64,000 bases of DNA from Woeseiaceae bacterium (GTDB taxonomy: Bacteria; Pseudomonadota; Gammaproteobacteria; Steroidobacterales; Woeseiaceae). Shown here piece by piece: positions 9,204 to 19,398 of the stretch. Location of the stretch: the NCBI GenBank assembly GCA_041617855.1, contig JBFJOC010000003.1:16959-80958 (forward strand), given 5' to 3'. Made by a program: the position numbers and the translations under genes. The notes below the pieces were generated by a model. It did not search any database and had not been told where the DNA came from. It saw nothing but the letters and a program-made list of their open reading frames with translations. How positions within the stretch are numbered: position 1 is the first letter of the stretch; each line of letters starts with the position of its first letter.

Positions 9204-10248
9204 GCATCCTTTGCAGCTCAGCGTTTTTGCAGTTCTCTGCGGCCTGAACCGCAAGCTCCCGATCCTGGGGAAAAGGTCTAAAGCGCGGGTTGACGTCACA
9301 GCAGCGCAGCAGGACCTTGACCGCGGCGACCTGTTTGTTCTGGCGCAGCAGCCGGCTCAGGTAATGTTGCGCAAATTCGAGCGCCGCGGTCGTGTCCTCC
9401 CAGTCCATAAGTTCTGCAAAGAACCATGACCACGCAGCGTCAGGATCGGGATCCTGCTCCAACCAGTCGAAAATGTGCTGCAGTCCGCCACGACGATTAC
9501 CGCGACTTGCGAATCCGTAAGCATGCGTCAACGTCTTGCGTCGATCCTGCGTAACCGCTTCCTCGCGGTCTTCCCGGGTCGCCGGGACCGGCTCCGGAAT
9601 CGAAATGTCGTCGGCCAGCTTATTGACGCGCAGCACGGCCCCGATCGCGGCAAATAGTCCGAACGTGGCACACCACGCGGCCAGCCGGAGGAGAACACCT
9701 GGGACTTTGTTTTGCTCGAGCAGCGCGGCCAGCAGGCCGGCCGCCCCGATCACAAACGGCAGTAGCCAGTAACTGGCGCCACAGCGACCGATGAATGCGG
9801 CCAGGCGTCGCGGATCCACGCACTGCAGCGGCGAATGCGTGATTGCGAGTACCCCGAGCGACGCCGGCAGCAGGCCGGTCGCCAAGAGCGCGAGCCCGAC
9901 AGCCGGTGGCTGCCCGACGCGCGCAGCAAGTGCATACCCGATTGCTGCGCTACCTGCGCCCAAGACCAGCGGGAACAGACTCCAGGCTTCGGAAAAGAAG
10001 CCGAACAGAGCAATATCCGGCGGCGCCACTTCGCGGCCGCGGGCGCGGGCCTCCAAAAGCTGCATCAGGTAGCGACTGATCGCGGGGACAAGCAGCAGTA
10101 TTAAAAAGATGCCTAGGACACCGCCGAGCAGCGCCAGCTCGCTCAGCAAATAAAATGTGACGAGCGCGAGCAGCGCGGTCGCTGTCCGAAACGGATACGC
10201 GAGATCGGCAAAGATGTCATGAGCTTTCGACATCGTCCTGTCGGCCAT
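9193..10248 (-). CDS. Hypothetical polytopic membrane protein with a soluble helical (TPR-like?) C-terminal domain
   Basis: Long ORF with about 6 hydrophobic helices followed by a roughly 130-aa hydrophilic tail (..[44 protein letters not shown]..). Start set to internal ATG 10248 (alternative 10233). It overlaps the yidD stop. Family not recognised with confidence (possibly DUF4013-like). Confidence 0.6.
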   Translation of the reverse strand: MADRTMSKAHDIFADLAYPFRTATALLALVTFYLLSELALLGGVLGIFLILLLVPAISRYLMQLLEARARGREVAPPDIALFGFFSEAWSLFPLVLGAGSAAIGYALAARVGQPPAVGLALLATGLLPASLGVLAITHSPLQCVDPRRLAAFIGRCGASYWLLPFVIGAAGLLAALLEQNKVPGVLLRLAAWCATFGLFAAIGAVLRVNKLADDISIPEPVPATREDREEAVTQDRRKTLTHAYGFASRGNRRGGLQHIFDWLEQDPDPDAAWSWFFAELMDWEDTTAALEFAQHYLSRLLRQNKQVAAVKVLLRCCDVNPRFRPFPQDRELAVQAAENCKNAELQRMLRS

Positions 10249-10480
10249 CGGGGACCGGGTCGAACCCCGCGTCGCCCCAGGGATGACAGCGAGCAATTCG
10301 TTTTGCGGCAAGCCAGGTCCCGCGAAACGCCCCGTGCCTTTTCAGCGCCTCCACCGCGTATCGTGAACAGCTGGGCTGAAACCTGCAGTTTCGGCCGAGC
10401 CACGGCGAAATTAGCAGCCCGTAGAGCACGACGAGCGCAATGACGGGCCACGCAAGCAGTCGCAACAACGCCATCCCCAT
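10217..10480 (-). CDS. yidD: Membrane protein insertion efficiency factor YidD
   Basis: 87-aa ORF with the diagnostic [19 protein letters not shown] and [13 protein letters not shown] motifs. Its ATG shares one nt with the sufE stop (TAATG). Confidence 0.88.
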   Translation of the reverse strand: MGMALLRLLAWPVIALVVLYGLLISPWLGRNCRFQPSCSRYAVEALKRHGAFRGTWLAAKRIARCHPWGDAGFDPVPDGRQDDVESS

Positions 10481-10911
10481 TACGCGGTCTCGAGTGCAGA
10501 TTCCGCAAAGCGGCGAATCGCCCCGAGCATCGACGCAAGACCGTTGCTCCGCGTCGGGCTGAGATGCTGCTCGAGCTCCAGCGCGCTGACGAATTCCGCC
10601 GATGAGTCGAGGATCTCTTCGGGACTTCGTCCGCTGTAGACGCGCAGCAGCAGCGCAATCAGCCCCGACACGATCGCGGCATCACTCGTTGCCTGAAACT
10701 CGAGCCGACCATCGCGCCGGTTCGAGACAAACCAAACCTGTGACTGACAGCCCTTTATTCTATTGTCCTCCGTGCGCAGGGATTCGGGGAACGCTGGCAA
10801 GCGCCGACCCATGTCGACGAGATACTGATAGCGATCCATCCAGTCATCGAAGAGCCGGAATTCGTCGATGACCTCCTGCTCTGCCTCGCGAACTTCGCTC
10901 GCCGGCCGCAT
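10480..10911 (-). CDS. sufE: SufE-family sulfur acceptor protein
   Basis: Contains KGCQSQVWF (active-site Cys), [13 protein letters not shown] and LSPTRSNGL. Start set to ATG 10911, which overlaps the cysS TAA by one nt. The track start at 10929 is GTG. Confidence 0.88.
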   Translation of the reverse strand: MRPASEVREAEQEVIDEFRLFDDWMDRYQYLVDMGRRLPAFPESLRTEDNRIKGCQSQVWFVSNRRDGRLEFQATSDAAIVSGLIALLLRVYSGRSPEEILDSSAEFVSALELEQHLSPTRSNGLASMLGAIRRFAESALETA

Positions 10912-12290
10912 TATGGTTCCCTTCGCCACGTCGTGCCGTCCAGTCCGTCCTCGATCCGAATGCCGGCGGCGGCAAGCCGATCCCTGATCCGGTCGGCCGT
11001 CTCGAAGTCGCGCTGCGCCCGCGCGGCCTGGCGCTCGGCGAGGAGTTCGTCGATCGCAGCGGGCGATATGTCACTGCCGGTTTCGCCGGCAAACCAGACT
11101 TCGGCATCCTGCTGCAGAAGGCCGAGCAGGTCACCTGCTGCCAACATTGTCGCAGCGAGCCGTTGTTTCTTGGCGGCGTCCCGTGCCTTGTTCAGCTGTC
11201 TGGCAACACCAAACAGCTCGGCCATCGCTTTCGGCGTGTTGATGTCGTCCTCGAGTGCGGCCACGAGCGCACCGGGTGGTTCGGCTGTCTGGCGAAACCC
11301 ATCGTCAATCTCGATACCTCGCAGCGCGCCGTACAGACGGTCAAGCATACGCCGCGCCGCCTCTATTGTTTTCATGGACCAGTCGAGCGGCTGCCGATAG
11401 TGCGCACTCATCAGTGCGAGCCTTAAGACCTCGCCCCGGTAGCTTTGAATCAGCTCGCGCACGAGCACGACGTTACCCAATGACTTGGACATTTTCTCGT
11501 GATCCACGGAAAGGAAACCGTTGTGCAGCCAGAAACGGGCAAATTCTTCGCCATCGTGTGCGCAGCGACTCTGGGCCAGCTCGTTTTCGTGATGCGGAAA
11601 TACCAGGTCCTGGCCACCGGCATGAATATCGATTGTGCGGCCCAAGTGCTTCTCCGCCATCGCCGAACATTCGATATGCCAACCGGGGCGGCCGCGGCCC
11701 CACGGGGATTGCCATCCCGGCAGCTCGGGTGTGGACGGCTTCCAGAGGACGAAATCCTGCGCGGCCTTCTTGTACGGTGCGACCTCGACGCGAGCACCGG
11801 CAATCATTTCGCGAAGATCGCGCTTCGACAGCTCCCCGTAAGCCTCGTAGCTACTGACATCGAACAACACGTGGCCTTCGGCTTCGTACGCGTGTCCGCT
11901 CCCTACCAGCGTCTCGATCATTGCTATCATCTCAGCGACGTGCTCTGTCGCACGCGGCTCGATGTCAGGGGGCAGTACGTATAGCGTCTGCATGTCCTCG
12001 TTGTATGCCTTGATGAATCTCTCGGTAATCGCTTCGATGGGCTTACCGCTTTCGATTGCCGCTGCGTTTATCTTGTCATCGACATCGGTAATGTTGCGTG
12101 CAAACGTGAGCGCATACCGCTGCCTCAACACTCTCGCGAGCACGTCGAACACGACGGCAGGGCGAGCGTTACCAATGTGCGCGAAGTTGTAAACGGTGGG
12201 CCCGCAAAGATACATGGTCACTTCGCTGCCGTGCAGAGGCTCGAACGTGACCTTGTGACCGCGTCGAGTGTCGTGAAGTTTCAGCGCCAT
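10911..12290 (-). CDS. cysS: Cysteine--tRNA ligase
   Basis: 459-aa ORF with class I aaRS HIGH (FAHIGNARP) and KMSKS (EKMSKSLGN) motifs and overall CysRS similarity. Confidence 0.95.
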   Translation of the reverse strand: MALKLHDTRRGHKVTFEPLHGSEVTMYLCGPTVYNFAHIGNARPAVVFDVLARVLRQRYALTFARNITDVDDKINAAAIESGKPIEAITERFIKAYNEDMQTLYVLPPDIEPRATEHVAEMIAMIETLVGSGHAYEAEGHVLFDVSSYEAYGELSKRDLREMIAGARVEVAPYKKAAQDFVLWKPSTPELPGWQSPWGRGRPGWHIECSAMAEKHLGRTIDIHAGGQDLVFPHHENELAQSRCAHDGEEFARFWLHNGFLSVDHEKMSKSLGNVVLVRELIQSYRGEVLRLALMSAHYRQPLDWSMKTIEAARRMLDRLYGALRGIEIDDGFRQTAEPPGALVAALEDDINTPKAMAELFGVARQLNKARDAAKKQRLAATMLAAGDLLGLLQQDAEVWFAGETGSDISPAAIDELLAERQAARAQRDFETADRIRDRLAAAGIRIEDGLDGTTWRREP

Positions 12291-12395
12291 GTCCTGCCGA
12301 TTGCGCGGGCTAAAGGGCTCAATGATAGCAATATTGCTGCCGGCAGCTATGCCGAGTATTCTGACGTTGCCCTAATGGCCTGCTGAGGACCCGCA

Positions 12396-12893
12396 ATGAC
12401 GGTGGCTCCGGTAAAATTTCACGCTCGGGAATCCGTAGCGCAAGTCGAGGAAGGCGACGATCTGGCACCGAAGTTCGATGCCCGCGGACTGATCACGGTC
12501 GTCACGACTGACGCTGATTCGGGTGAGCTGTTGATGCAGGGCTACATGAACGCCGAGGCGCTGGGACTCACGATCAGCACCGGAGAGGCGCATTACTACA
12601 GCCGCTCACGGCAGACGCTGTGGCACAAAGGGGCCACCAGTGGCTTCGTGCAGCGCGTCCGCGAGCTTCTTGTCGACGACGATCAGGACTGCATCTGGCT
12701 CCGCGTTGACATCGACGGGGGTGCAAGCTGTCACGTCGGCTACCGGAGCTGTTTTTATCGCCGGGTCCCGGTCGGCGACGCATTTCACGAGCGGCAGGCG
12801 GCCGGCCATATCGGGCTGGAGTGGACCGACACGGAGAAGGTGTTCGATCCGGCCGAGGTCTACGGCGACGCGCCGAATCCGACGCTTTTATGA
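12396..12893 (+). CDS. hisI: Phosphoribosyl-AMP cyclohydrolase
   Basis: 165-aa ORF: [47 protein letters not shown]....ASCH.GYRSCF. It stands alone with no other his genes nearby. Confidence 0.9.
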   Translation: MTVAPVKFHARESVAQVEEGDDLAPKFDARGLITVVTTDADSGELLMQGYMNAEALGLTISTGEAHYYSRSRQTLWHKGATSGFVQRVRELLVDDDQDCIWLRVDIDGGASCHVGYRSCFYRRVPVGDAFHERQAAGHIGLEWTDTEKVFDPAEVYGDAPNPTLL

Positions 12894-13024
12894 CTTAACG
12901 TTGTAGAAGCCAGCACAGGATACTTGCGGCCTTTTGTTCGCAATGCGCATCGTGCGAGCTGCGGCATCGGGCCGCGGCGTGCTTCACTAAGAAGCTAGTT
13001 TAGATCCACTCTACAATTAATTAA

Positions 13025-13100
13025 GCCGCGCGAATACGAAGCGCGCGACAGCACCGCTCGTCACGTTTCACAAAGCTATGCGCGTGCCGCAGTGTGCGGC
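13025..13100 (-). terminator. Two GC hairpins downstream of the small peptide gene (candidate terminators)
   Basis: GCCGCA-GTG-TGCGGC at 13086-13100 lies 8 nt after the stop. CGCGCG-N9-CGCGCG at about 13025-13049 is followed on the minus strand by TTAATTAATTG. Neither has a classical U-run. Confidence 0.3.
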
Positions 13101-13108
13101 TATAGCTA

Positions 13109-13309
13109 TTATTCGCCTTCGTCTTGCCGGTATCTTGCGCCGTTGGGGTTCGGGCTGCAGTCCTCCGGCCCGTTACCGAAACCGTTGTTGCAAGCGCTAC
13201 GATGCGACCCCGCCCCGGCGAATGAGGGCATTGCGGTCAGCGTGAGAATAGCGGGCGTTGAATACGCAGCCTTTTTGACGAATTCGCGTCTCGATTCTTT
13301 TCTGTCCAT
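13109..13309 (-). CDS. Small exported protein with a twin-arginine-type signal peptide (66 aa, unknown function)
   Basis: Internal ATG (cat 13307-13309) gives MDRKESRREFVKKAAYSTPAILTLTAMPSFAGAGSHRSACNNGFGNGPEDCSPNPNGARYRQDEGE. SRREFVK fits the S/T-R-R-x-F-L-K Tat consensus. There is a hydrophobic core and an A-x-A-like site (SFA/G), and the mature part has two Cys. It has its own promoter-like element and downstream hairpins. The track start at 13354 is TTG and lies beside the predicted -10. Confidence 0.6.
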   Translation of the reverse strand: MDRKESRREFVKKAAYSTPAILTLTAMPSFAGAGSHRSACNNGFGNGPEDCSPNPNGARYRQDEGE

Positions 13310-13354
13310 GGTTTCTAGCCTGTTGTTATGATGACTCGGCGAACGCCGATTCAA

Positions 13355-13382
13355 AGTATAGTCCTCAGGTTACTCGTGGCAA
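13355..13382 (-). promoter_or_regulatory. Sigma-70-like promoter for the small Tat-signal peptide gene
   Basis: The minus strand reads TTGCCA (13382-13377), a 16-nt spacer, then TATACT (13360-13355). Each hexamer matches its consensus at 5/6. The element lies about 45 nt upstream of ATG 13309. Confidence 0.5.
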
Positions 13383-13456
13383 GGAGAATTTTCCGCTTAT
13401 GTCGGATTTTTTTACGCAATCCGTTTTCGAACTGACCGGATCTCAAAGGCCAGCCG

Positions 13457-14155
13457 CTAATACCGCCTTTCCCGGTCCTGGCGGCGTCGCTGACGCCGCC
13501 GCCGGGCGGCCGGCTGCGGCTCGCGGTGAGCCATCGCCCGCGCCTGATAGGTATATTCGATCGTACCGATGAGCCACAGGAAGTAACCGATCAGCTCGAT
13601 GAATTCCTCGACCGTCACCTTGATGACCCGCTGGTAGGCATCGCCGAGCAGGGCCATCCAGAACGGCTCGTGTCCGACGAGCCTCACGTAGGCAAACAGG
13701 ATGAGCGCGCCGGCAAACAGCAGCGCGAGGCCCGGCGACGGCCACACACGCGCCCACGCTACCCCCAGGCGCCGCCGCTGTCGAAACGTGTAGACGATGA
13801 CGAGTGCGCCGGCGATGGCAACGAGGACCTGCCAGAGATTATCGATAAGATAGCGATCGAAAAAATAATCGAGCTCACGGATGAAGAACGCGAGGGCGAG
13901 GCCGGCAAACGGCAGCGCTATGGGACGCTGCGAGGGACAGTGCCTCGCAACCCATGTCATCAGCAGCCCGCAGACGGCGAGAATCATCGGTTGTATAAGT
14001 TCGACCGGTGAAAACTCGCTCGTGCCGAATTGATCATATTCGGCAACAACGATGTGCAATTGCAGCGTGCCGGGTGCAGAGATTTCGAGCTGCGTCAGGA
14101 GCAGCGTGCAAAGCGCAACGCCGACGAAATACAGGATATAGCGCGGCCAGGGCAT
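13457..14155 (-). CDS. Hypothetical membrane protein (about 6 TM) with an Arg-rich C-terminal tail
   Basis: 232-aa ORF with several hydrophobic helices and a tail of AARRRRQRRRQDRERRY. No family recognised. Confidence 0.6.
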   Translation of the reverse strand: MPWPRYILYFVGVALCTLLLTQLEISAPGTLQLHIVVAEYDQFGTSEFSPVELIQPMILAVCGLLMTWVARHCPSQRPIALPFAGLALAFFIRELDYFFDRYLIDNLWQVLVAIAGALVIVYTFRQRRRLGVAWARVWPSPGLALLFAGALILFAYVRLVGHEPFWMALLGDAYQRVIKVTVEEFIELIGYFLWLIGTIEYTYQARAMAHREPQPAARRRRQRRRQDRERRY

Positions 14156-14234
14156 ACCTGACTATACACCGCGGTCGAACGCGCCGAACAAGCGGCCCGA
14201 TTTCAGACGGTTCGACTCTGAATATCAGGTCGAT

Positions 14235-14732
14235 TCAAGCTCGAAGCGAGAACGTCAGCCGACCGGCGGGCGTGAGGAGCCCATGTTCGACCAACCAGTC
14301 GCGAGCGTCCGCAGAATCGCCACGAAACCAGCAAGCCGCAGAGCCGAGGCGAAAACTGTATCCCCAAGCATCCATGTCGCGCATCAGTCGCTCGGGATCA
14401 AGGTCGGCGAACTGCTCGGCCAACACGACCTGCAGGTAGCAGACCGCGGCCTCTTCCAGGTCATCGCCGCCGGCGTCGCACACGAGGCCTCGCCGGCGAT
14501 CGCTGGTCATGCATACGATGTGCGCGAGCTCGTGTAACAGCGAGTGGACGGGCGTATCGGAGCGCGCGTAAAGCGCGCATCCGACAATGCCTGCCTCCGG
14601 TTCTCCCCAGTAGGATCCATTGATGACGGCGCCGTCAGCGACAGCGACGAACGTGATGCCGTAGCGCTGCAACAGAGCGTCGATTTGATCGCGATCGAGA
14701 CAGGCACACGTCAGAATCCGGCTCGGCCCCAC
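14235..14732 (-). CDS. Hypothetical protein with an HExxH motif (putative zinc metallopeptidase-like)
   Basis: 165-aa ORF. SLLHELAHIV is an HExxH motif reminiscent of ImmA/IrrE-type or related minimal metallopeptidases. The start lies 2 nt after the lptE stop. Confidence 0.6.
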   Translation of the reverse strand: MGPSRILTCACLDRDQIDALLQRYGITFVAVADGAVINGSYWGEPEAGIVGCALYARSDTPVHSLLHELAHIVCMTSDRRRGLVCDAGGDDLEEAAVCYLQVVLAEQFADLDPERLMRDMDAWGYSFRLGSAACWFRGDSADARDWLVEHGLLTPAGRLTFSLRA

Positions 14733-14734
14733 GT

Positions 14735-15241
14735 CTACAGTGATGAAATTTGCTTGAGGACGATTCTGACGAGGTCATTCACGATCGCCTCGCGCATAAG
14801 CATTTCCTCGCGGGCTTTGCCGAGTACGAGCGTTTCGTCATAGGTATAGTCCCGCGTCAACGTGACTAGCTGCGGCGCTAGGAGATTTCCGGATTCGCCG
14901 GTCACCGAATACTGTACGGTGTAATACACCTCAAACTCGGTGGGCACGTTGCGCGCGGATACCGACAGCACGCGCTGATCCGTGTCATCGATCAATATCG
15001 ACAGCGTCGCGGTCGCGTCGACAGGCGAATCGACGATGCTCACGCCGCTCGTGGCAAGCTGTCGCCTAAGGGTTCGGTAGAACGGGGAGTACCGATCTTC
15101 AGCCGCTATATATGTGCGCTGCATCTCCGCCGGTACCGCGACCGCGCCCTGCAGGTGAAATCCGCAACCCGCGCTCAGCGCTTGAATCGTAGCGGCCAGC
15201 GTGCAGCTCGTGACACGGAGCAGTCTTCTAGACAACGACAT
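14735..15241 (-). CDS. lptE: LPS-assembly lipoprotein LptE
   Basis: 168-aa ORF with a lipobox (LSAGC) followed by GFHLQG, typical of LptE. It overlaps the leuS stop by 14 nt. The leuS-lptE order is conserved. Confidence 0.88.
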   Translation of the reverse strand: MSLSRRLLRVTSCTLAATIQALSAGCGFHLQGAVAVPAEMQRTYIAAEDRYSPFYRTLRRQLATSGVSIVDSPVDATATLSILIDDTDQRVLSVSARNVPTEFEVYYTVQYSVTGESGNLLAPQLVTLTRDYTYDETLVLGKAREEMLMREAIVNDLVRIVLKQISSL

Positions 15242-17678
15242 TTACCAGTCGGCCAGGCACAACGATCGTTTTACGGATGGCCTTGTCAGCGACAAATCGC
15301 TGCACGTTCGCGTCTGCAAGTGCAGCCTCGCGCACCGTGTCGTCATCTGCATCGACCGCGACCGAAATTCGGCCACGCAGCTTTCCGTTCACCTGCACGA
15401 CGATTTCTATCAGCTCCTGCTCAAGAGCCCTGTCATCGGCGCTGGGCCAGGATTCGTCGATTAGCGCCGAATCGTGACCCAGTGCCTGCCAGAGCGTGTG
15501 GCAGATATGCGGAACGATCGGCGCAAGCATCAGCACGATCGCGTCGAGCGCCTCTTGCACAACGAAACGGCCCGCCGGGGACGAGTCGTCGAAGCGATTG
15601 ACCGAGTTCAGCAGTTCCATCGCGGCGGCAACGGCAGTGTTAAACGTATAGCGCCGCCCGATGTCGTCGCTGATTTTCGCAATCGTCTGATGCGTCTTGC
15701 GGCGCAGGTCCCGCTGCGCGGTGTCGAGGGTGTCGGGATCCACCGGCGTTGCCAGCCCACTCTCTGCATGCGCCTGCACGGAAGTCCAGAAGCGATTGAG
15801 AAACCGGAAGCTGCCCTTGACGCCGTCGTCGGACCACTCGAGCGCCTGCTCGGGCGGCGCTGTAAAAATCATGAACAGCCGCACGGTGTCCGCGCCGTAT
15901 TTTTCGACCAGCGCATGCGGATCAACAGTGTTGCCTTTTGCCTTGGACATCTTCGCACCGTCCTTGAGCACCATCCCCTGGGTCAGCAGATTCGTAAACG
16001 GCTCCGACGCGGCCGACAGGCCCTCGTCGCGCATGACGCGCTGGATAAACCGCGAGTACAAAAGATGCAGGATCGCGTGTTCGATGCCGCCCGTGTACTG
16101 ATCGACCGGCATCCAATAAGCCGCCCGCGCATCGAGCATTGCCTGATCGCTGTCCGGACACGCGTAGCGGGCGAAATACCACGACGATTCCACGAAGGTG
16201 TCGAACGTGTCGGTCTCCCGCCGGGCCGGCCTGCCGCATTCGGGACAGGTTGCTTCGAGGAACTCGGGCATGTCCTTGAGCGGCGATCCCACGCCGGTGA
16301 ATTCTACGTCCTCGGGCAGCACGACGGGGAGCTGGTCGTCCGGTACGGGGACTGCATCGCACTGATCGCAATACACGATCGGTATCGGCGCGCCCCAGTA
16401 CCGCTGCCGTGACACGCCCCAGTCGCGCAGACGATAGTTGATGGCGCGACGACCACGGCCGCTGTCCTCGAAGTGCGCTGCGATCGCGTCGCATGCGGCC
16501 TCGAAGTTCAGGCCGTCGTATTCGCCCGAATTCACCAAAATGCCGTGCTCGACAAAGGCTCCGGCCTGGATGTCGATTTCCCGCCCGTCTGCCGGAGCGA
16601 TGACCTGCACGATCGGCAGACCGTGTTTCTTGGCGAATTCCCAGTCGCGCTCGTCGTGCCCGGGCACCCCCATTACTGCGCCGGTTCCGTAGCTCATCAG
16701 CACGAAATTAGCGACCCAGAGCGGGACCCTCTCCCCGGTCAGCGGATGAGTCGCGGATATGCCGAGGGGCACGCCCTTCTTCTCCATTGTCTCCAGCGCA
16801 GCTTCCGCGGCGGCGGTCTTCTTGCATTCTTCGACAAACGTCGCGATATCGGGATCCTGCTTGGCCGCCCGTGCGGCCAGCGGATGTTCGGCGGCGACGG
16901 CCATATAGGTCACACCCATGAGCGTGTCCGGGCGCGTCGTAAAGACTTCCAGCGGCTCGTTCGTGCCCTCGACCTCGAAACCCAACTCGAGTCCCTCGGA
17001 CCGCCCGATCCAATTACGCTGCATCGTCTTGACGGATTCCGGCCAGCCCGGCATGCGGTCAAGCTCGGCGAGGAGTTCATCCGCGTACGCCGTGATCTTC
17101 ATGAACCACTGGGGAATTTCCCGTCGCTCGACGAGCGCATTCGAGCGCCAGCCGCGCCCGTCGATAACCTGTTCGTTTGCGAGCACGGTTTCATCGACCG
17201 GGTCCCAGTTCACGATCGAGTTTTTCCGATACACGAGGCCCTTGCGGAACATCCGCGTAAACAGCCACTGTTCCCAGCGGTAATATTCTGGGCGACACGT
17301 CGTAATTTCGCGCGCCCAATCGTACGCATAGCCGAGGCGCTGCATCTGCTCGCGCATGTCGTCGATATTTCGGTACGTCCACTCGGCCGGAGGGACACCG
17401 CGCTGAATCGCCGCGTTTTCCGCGGGCATGCCGAATGCGTCCCATCCCATCGGTTGCATGACGTGCTTGCCCCGCATCCGCTGATAACGCGCGATGACGT
17501 CGGAAATCGTGAACACACGCACATGCCCCATGTGGAGCTTGCCACTGGGATACGGAAACATCGTCAGGCAATAGAACTTCTCCTTGCCCGGCTCTTCGGC
17601 AACTTCGAAGCAGCGAGTCCCTCGCCAGTATTCCTGGGCCTCCCGCTCGACCTTTTCCGGATGGTATGCGCTCGACAT
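15228..17678 (-). CDS. leuS: Leucine--tRNA ligase
   Basis: Long ORF with HMGH ([11 protein letters not shown]) and KMSKS (AKMSKAKGN). Start set to ATG 17678 ([18 protein letters not shown], which aligns with my recollection of the E. coli N-terminus). The track start at 17708 is TTG. Confidence 0.96.
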   Translation of the reverse strand: MSSAYHPEKVEREAQEYWRGTRCFEVAEEPGKEKFYCLTMFPYPSGKLHMGHVRVFTISDVIARYQRMRGKHVMQPMGWDAFGMPAENAAIQRGVPPAEWTYRNIDDMREQMQRLGYAYDWAREITTCRPEYYRWEQWLFTRMFRKGLVYRKNSIVNWDPVDETVLANEQVIDGRGWRSNALVERREIPQWFMKITAYADELLAELDRMPGWPESVKTMQRNWIGRSEGLELGFEVEGTNEPLEVFTTRPDTLMGVTYMAVAAEHPLAARAAKQDPDIATFVEECKKTAAAEAALETMEKKGVPLGISATHPLTGERVPLWVANFVLMSYGTGAVMGVPGHDERDWEFAKKHGLPIVQVIAPADGREIDIQAGAFVEHGILVNSGEYDGLNFEAACDAIAAHFEDSGRGRRAINYRLRDWGVSRQRYWGAPIPIVYCDQCDAVPVPDDQLPVVLPEDVEFTGVGSPLKDMPEFLEATCPECGRPARRETDTFDTFVESSWYFARYACPDSDQAMLDARAAYWMPVDQYTGGIEHAILHLLYSRFIQRVMRDEGLSAASEPFTNLLTQGMVLKDGAKMSKAKGNTVDPHALVEKYGADTVRLFMIFTAPPEQALEWSDDGVKGSFRFLNRFWTSVQAHAESGLATPVDPDTLDTAQRDLRRKTHQTIAKISDDIGRRYTFNTAVAAAMELLNSVNRFDDSSPAGRFVVQEALDAIVLMLAPIVPHICHTLWQALGHDSALIDESWPSADDRALEQELIEIVVQVNGKLRGRISVAVDADDDTVREAALADANVQRFVADKAIRKTIVVPGRLVNVVV

Positions 17679-17755
17679 GGACAAATTTTTTGCGCTGCCC
17701 GTGAGCAATCCGAGCTCGCGCCGGATGACCCTCCGGGGCAGATTTCCGCGTGACG

Positions 17756-17799
17756 AAAAATTGCAAGCCTACCGCATGCGGCGTCCGATCGCAGTAGGC
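17756..17799 (-). terminator. Candidate intrinsic terminator after lnt
   Basis: The minus strand reads GCCUACUGC-(15 nt loop)-GCGGUAGGC, a 9-bp stem with one G-U pair, followed by UUGCAAUUUUU. Confidence 0.45.
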
Positions 17800-17844
17800 G
17801 CCGGGGCGGCGCGCGAGCGGTTGCTCACCCGCGGCGATTAGCGA

Positions 17845-19374
17845 TCAGTGCCCCCGTTTCGCGTAGGCGAGCCCCAGTCCGAGCAGCAAGCTGGCCCAGG
17901 ATATGACTGGCCAATTTCCGAACGTGACGTAAGGCGTGCTGCCGCTACGCGACTCTAGCCTGGCCGTCATCGACACCGGTCGAAACTGCGGTCCTGTCTC
18001 CGTGAGCCTGCCGTCGGGGCCGATAAACGCGGAGATACCGGTGTTCGTCGCCCGGATCGTTGCCCGCCCGGCCTCGAGCGCACGCATTCGCGCGATTTGC
18101 AGGTGCTGATGAGGTGCGATCGAATCCCCAAACCAGGCATCGTTGCTGACGTTGACGAGTATGTTCGCAGCCGGCAGCGCGTATAGCTGCTCCGCGCCGT
18201 AGGCATCTTCGTAGCAGATCGCGACGGCGAGCTTCAGACCGCCTGCCGTGACAATCAGCGGCTGCTCCGACGCACCGGCCGTCAGGTCGCTGTGCGGCAG
18301 GCTCAGCAAACGCATCCATTCGCGAACCGTGTCTGGCACGGGAAAATACTCGCCGAACGGCACGAGATGGCGCTTCCGGTACGCCTGGCGGAATTCTCCA
18401 CCGACCGCAATGACGCTGTTGTACACCGCTACGGCGTCATCATTGCCGTATGTGCGTTCGAGAATACCGAACAGAATTGTCTGGCCGTGCTGTCGCGCGT
18501 CGGCCTCAATCATCTTCATGTAGCCCTCGACCCTGTCCGTCACCGAGGGGATCGCCACCTCGGGCCAGACGATGATGTCGCTGTCCCGCGCGCGTAGCGA
18601 TGCTTCCCGGTAATAGTCGAGTGTCGGCCGAAACTGCTCCGGGAGCCATTTCCGGTCCTGGGCGATGCCGCCCTGCACCAGCGTTGCCGTGACCGGCCCG
18701 CCGAGAGGCGCCGTCCATGCCGCCGTATGCAGTCCGCCACCGATGATCCATGGCAGCAGCACGAAGCCAAACGCCGCCCAGCGCCCAGCACCACGAATGC
18801 AAATCGCGGCCAGGAGCGCAGCCACGCTCAAAACGAGCAAGTACGAGACGCCGTAGACGCCAACGACGGGTGCCCAGCCTGACAGCGCCGAATCGATCTG
18901 GCTGTAGCCCAAGGCGAGCCACGGGAATCCTGTCAGTACCCAGCCACGCAGCCATTCGACCAGCACCCACGCAGCCGGCGCTACCGCAACGAGACGCCAG
19001 GGGCCGCCGTCGGTCAGGCGACTCGTGATCCAGCTCGCGAGCGCAATGTACGCAGCCATGATCAGGACGAGCCCGAACATGAGCAGCATTGCGATCCAGA
19101 CCGGCGCCTCGCCGAAGACGACAACCGAGATGTAGATCCAGTAAGTCCCGCTCAGAAACCAGCCGAGGCCGAACCAGAAGCCATATTTTGCCGAATCGCG
19201 CGGGGATTGAGTGAGGCAGAGATAGCACCACGACAACAGCAATGGCGGCAGCAGCCAGCGCCAGGCGAGCGGCGCGAACGCGAGCGTCGCAAGACAGCCG
19301 CCTGCGAAAAAAATACCTCGCATGATCCAGGGCCTGTCCGTGGGCAACACTGACGACGGCGAGGTGCGGCTCAC
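17845..19374 (-). CDS. lnt: Apolipoprotein N-acyltransferase
   Basis: 509-aa ORF with an N-terminal polytopic membrane domain and a C-terminal nitrilase-type CN-hydrolase domain (..VWPE..ICYE..). The corC-lnt order is conserved. Confidence 0.93.
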   Translation of the reverse strand: MSRTSPSSVLPTDRPWIMRGIFFAGGCLATLAFAPLAWRWLLPPLLLSWCYLCLTQSPRDSAKYGFWFGLGWFLSGTYWIYISVVVFGEAPVWIAMLLMFGLVLIMAAYIALASWITSRLTDGGPWRLVAVAPAAWVLVEWLRGWVLTGFPWLALGYSQIDSALSGWAPVVGVYGVSYLLVLSVAALLAAICIRGAGRWAAFGFVLLPWIIGGGLHTAAWTAPLGGPVTATLVQGGIAQDRKWLPEQFRPTLDYYREASLRARDSDIIVWPEVAIPSVTDRVEGYMKMIEADARQHGQTILFGILERTYGNDDAVAVYNSVIAVGGEFRQAYRKRHLVPFGEYFPVPDTVREWMRLLSLPHSDLTAGASEQPLIVTAGGLKLAVAICYEDAYGAEQLYALPAANILVNVSNDAWFGDSIAPHQHLQIARMRALEAGRATIRATNTGISAFIGPDGRLTETGPQFRPVSMTARLESRSGSTPYVTFGNWPVISWASLLLGLGLAYAKRGH

Positions 19375-19398
19375 GAGCGAACTTGCGACGGATTGTGA

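Noticed and set aside
16473-17753. 426-aa plus-strand ORF
   Set aside because: It is entirely antisense to leuS, whose identity is unambiguous. The translation is Arg/Pro/His-rich with no domain, which is the typical long antisense ORF of GC-rich DNA.
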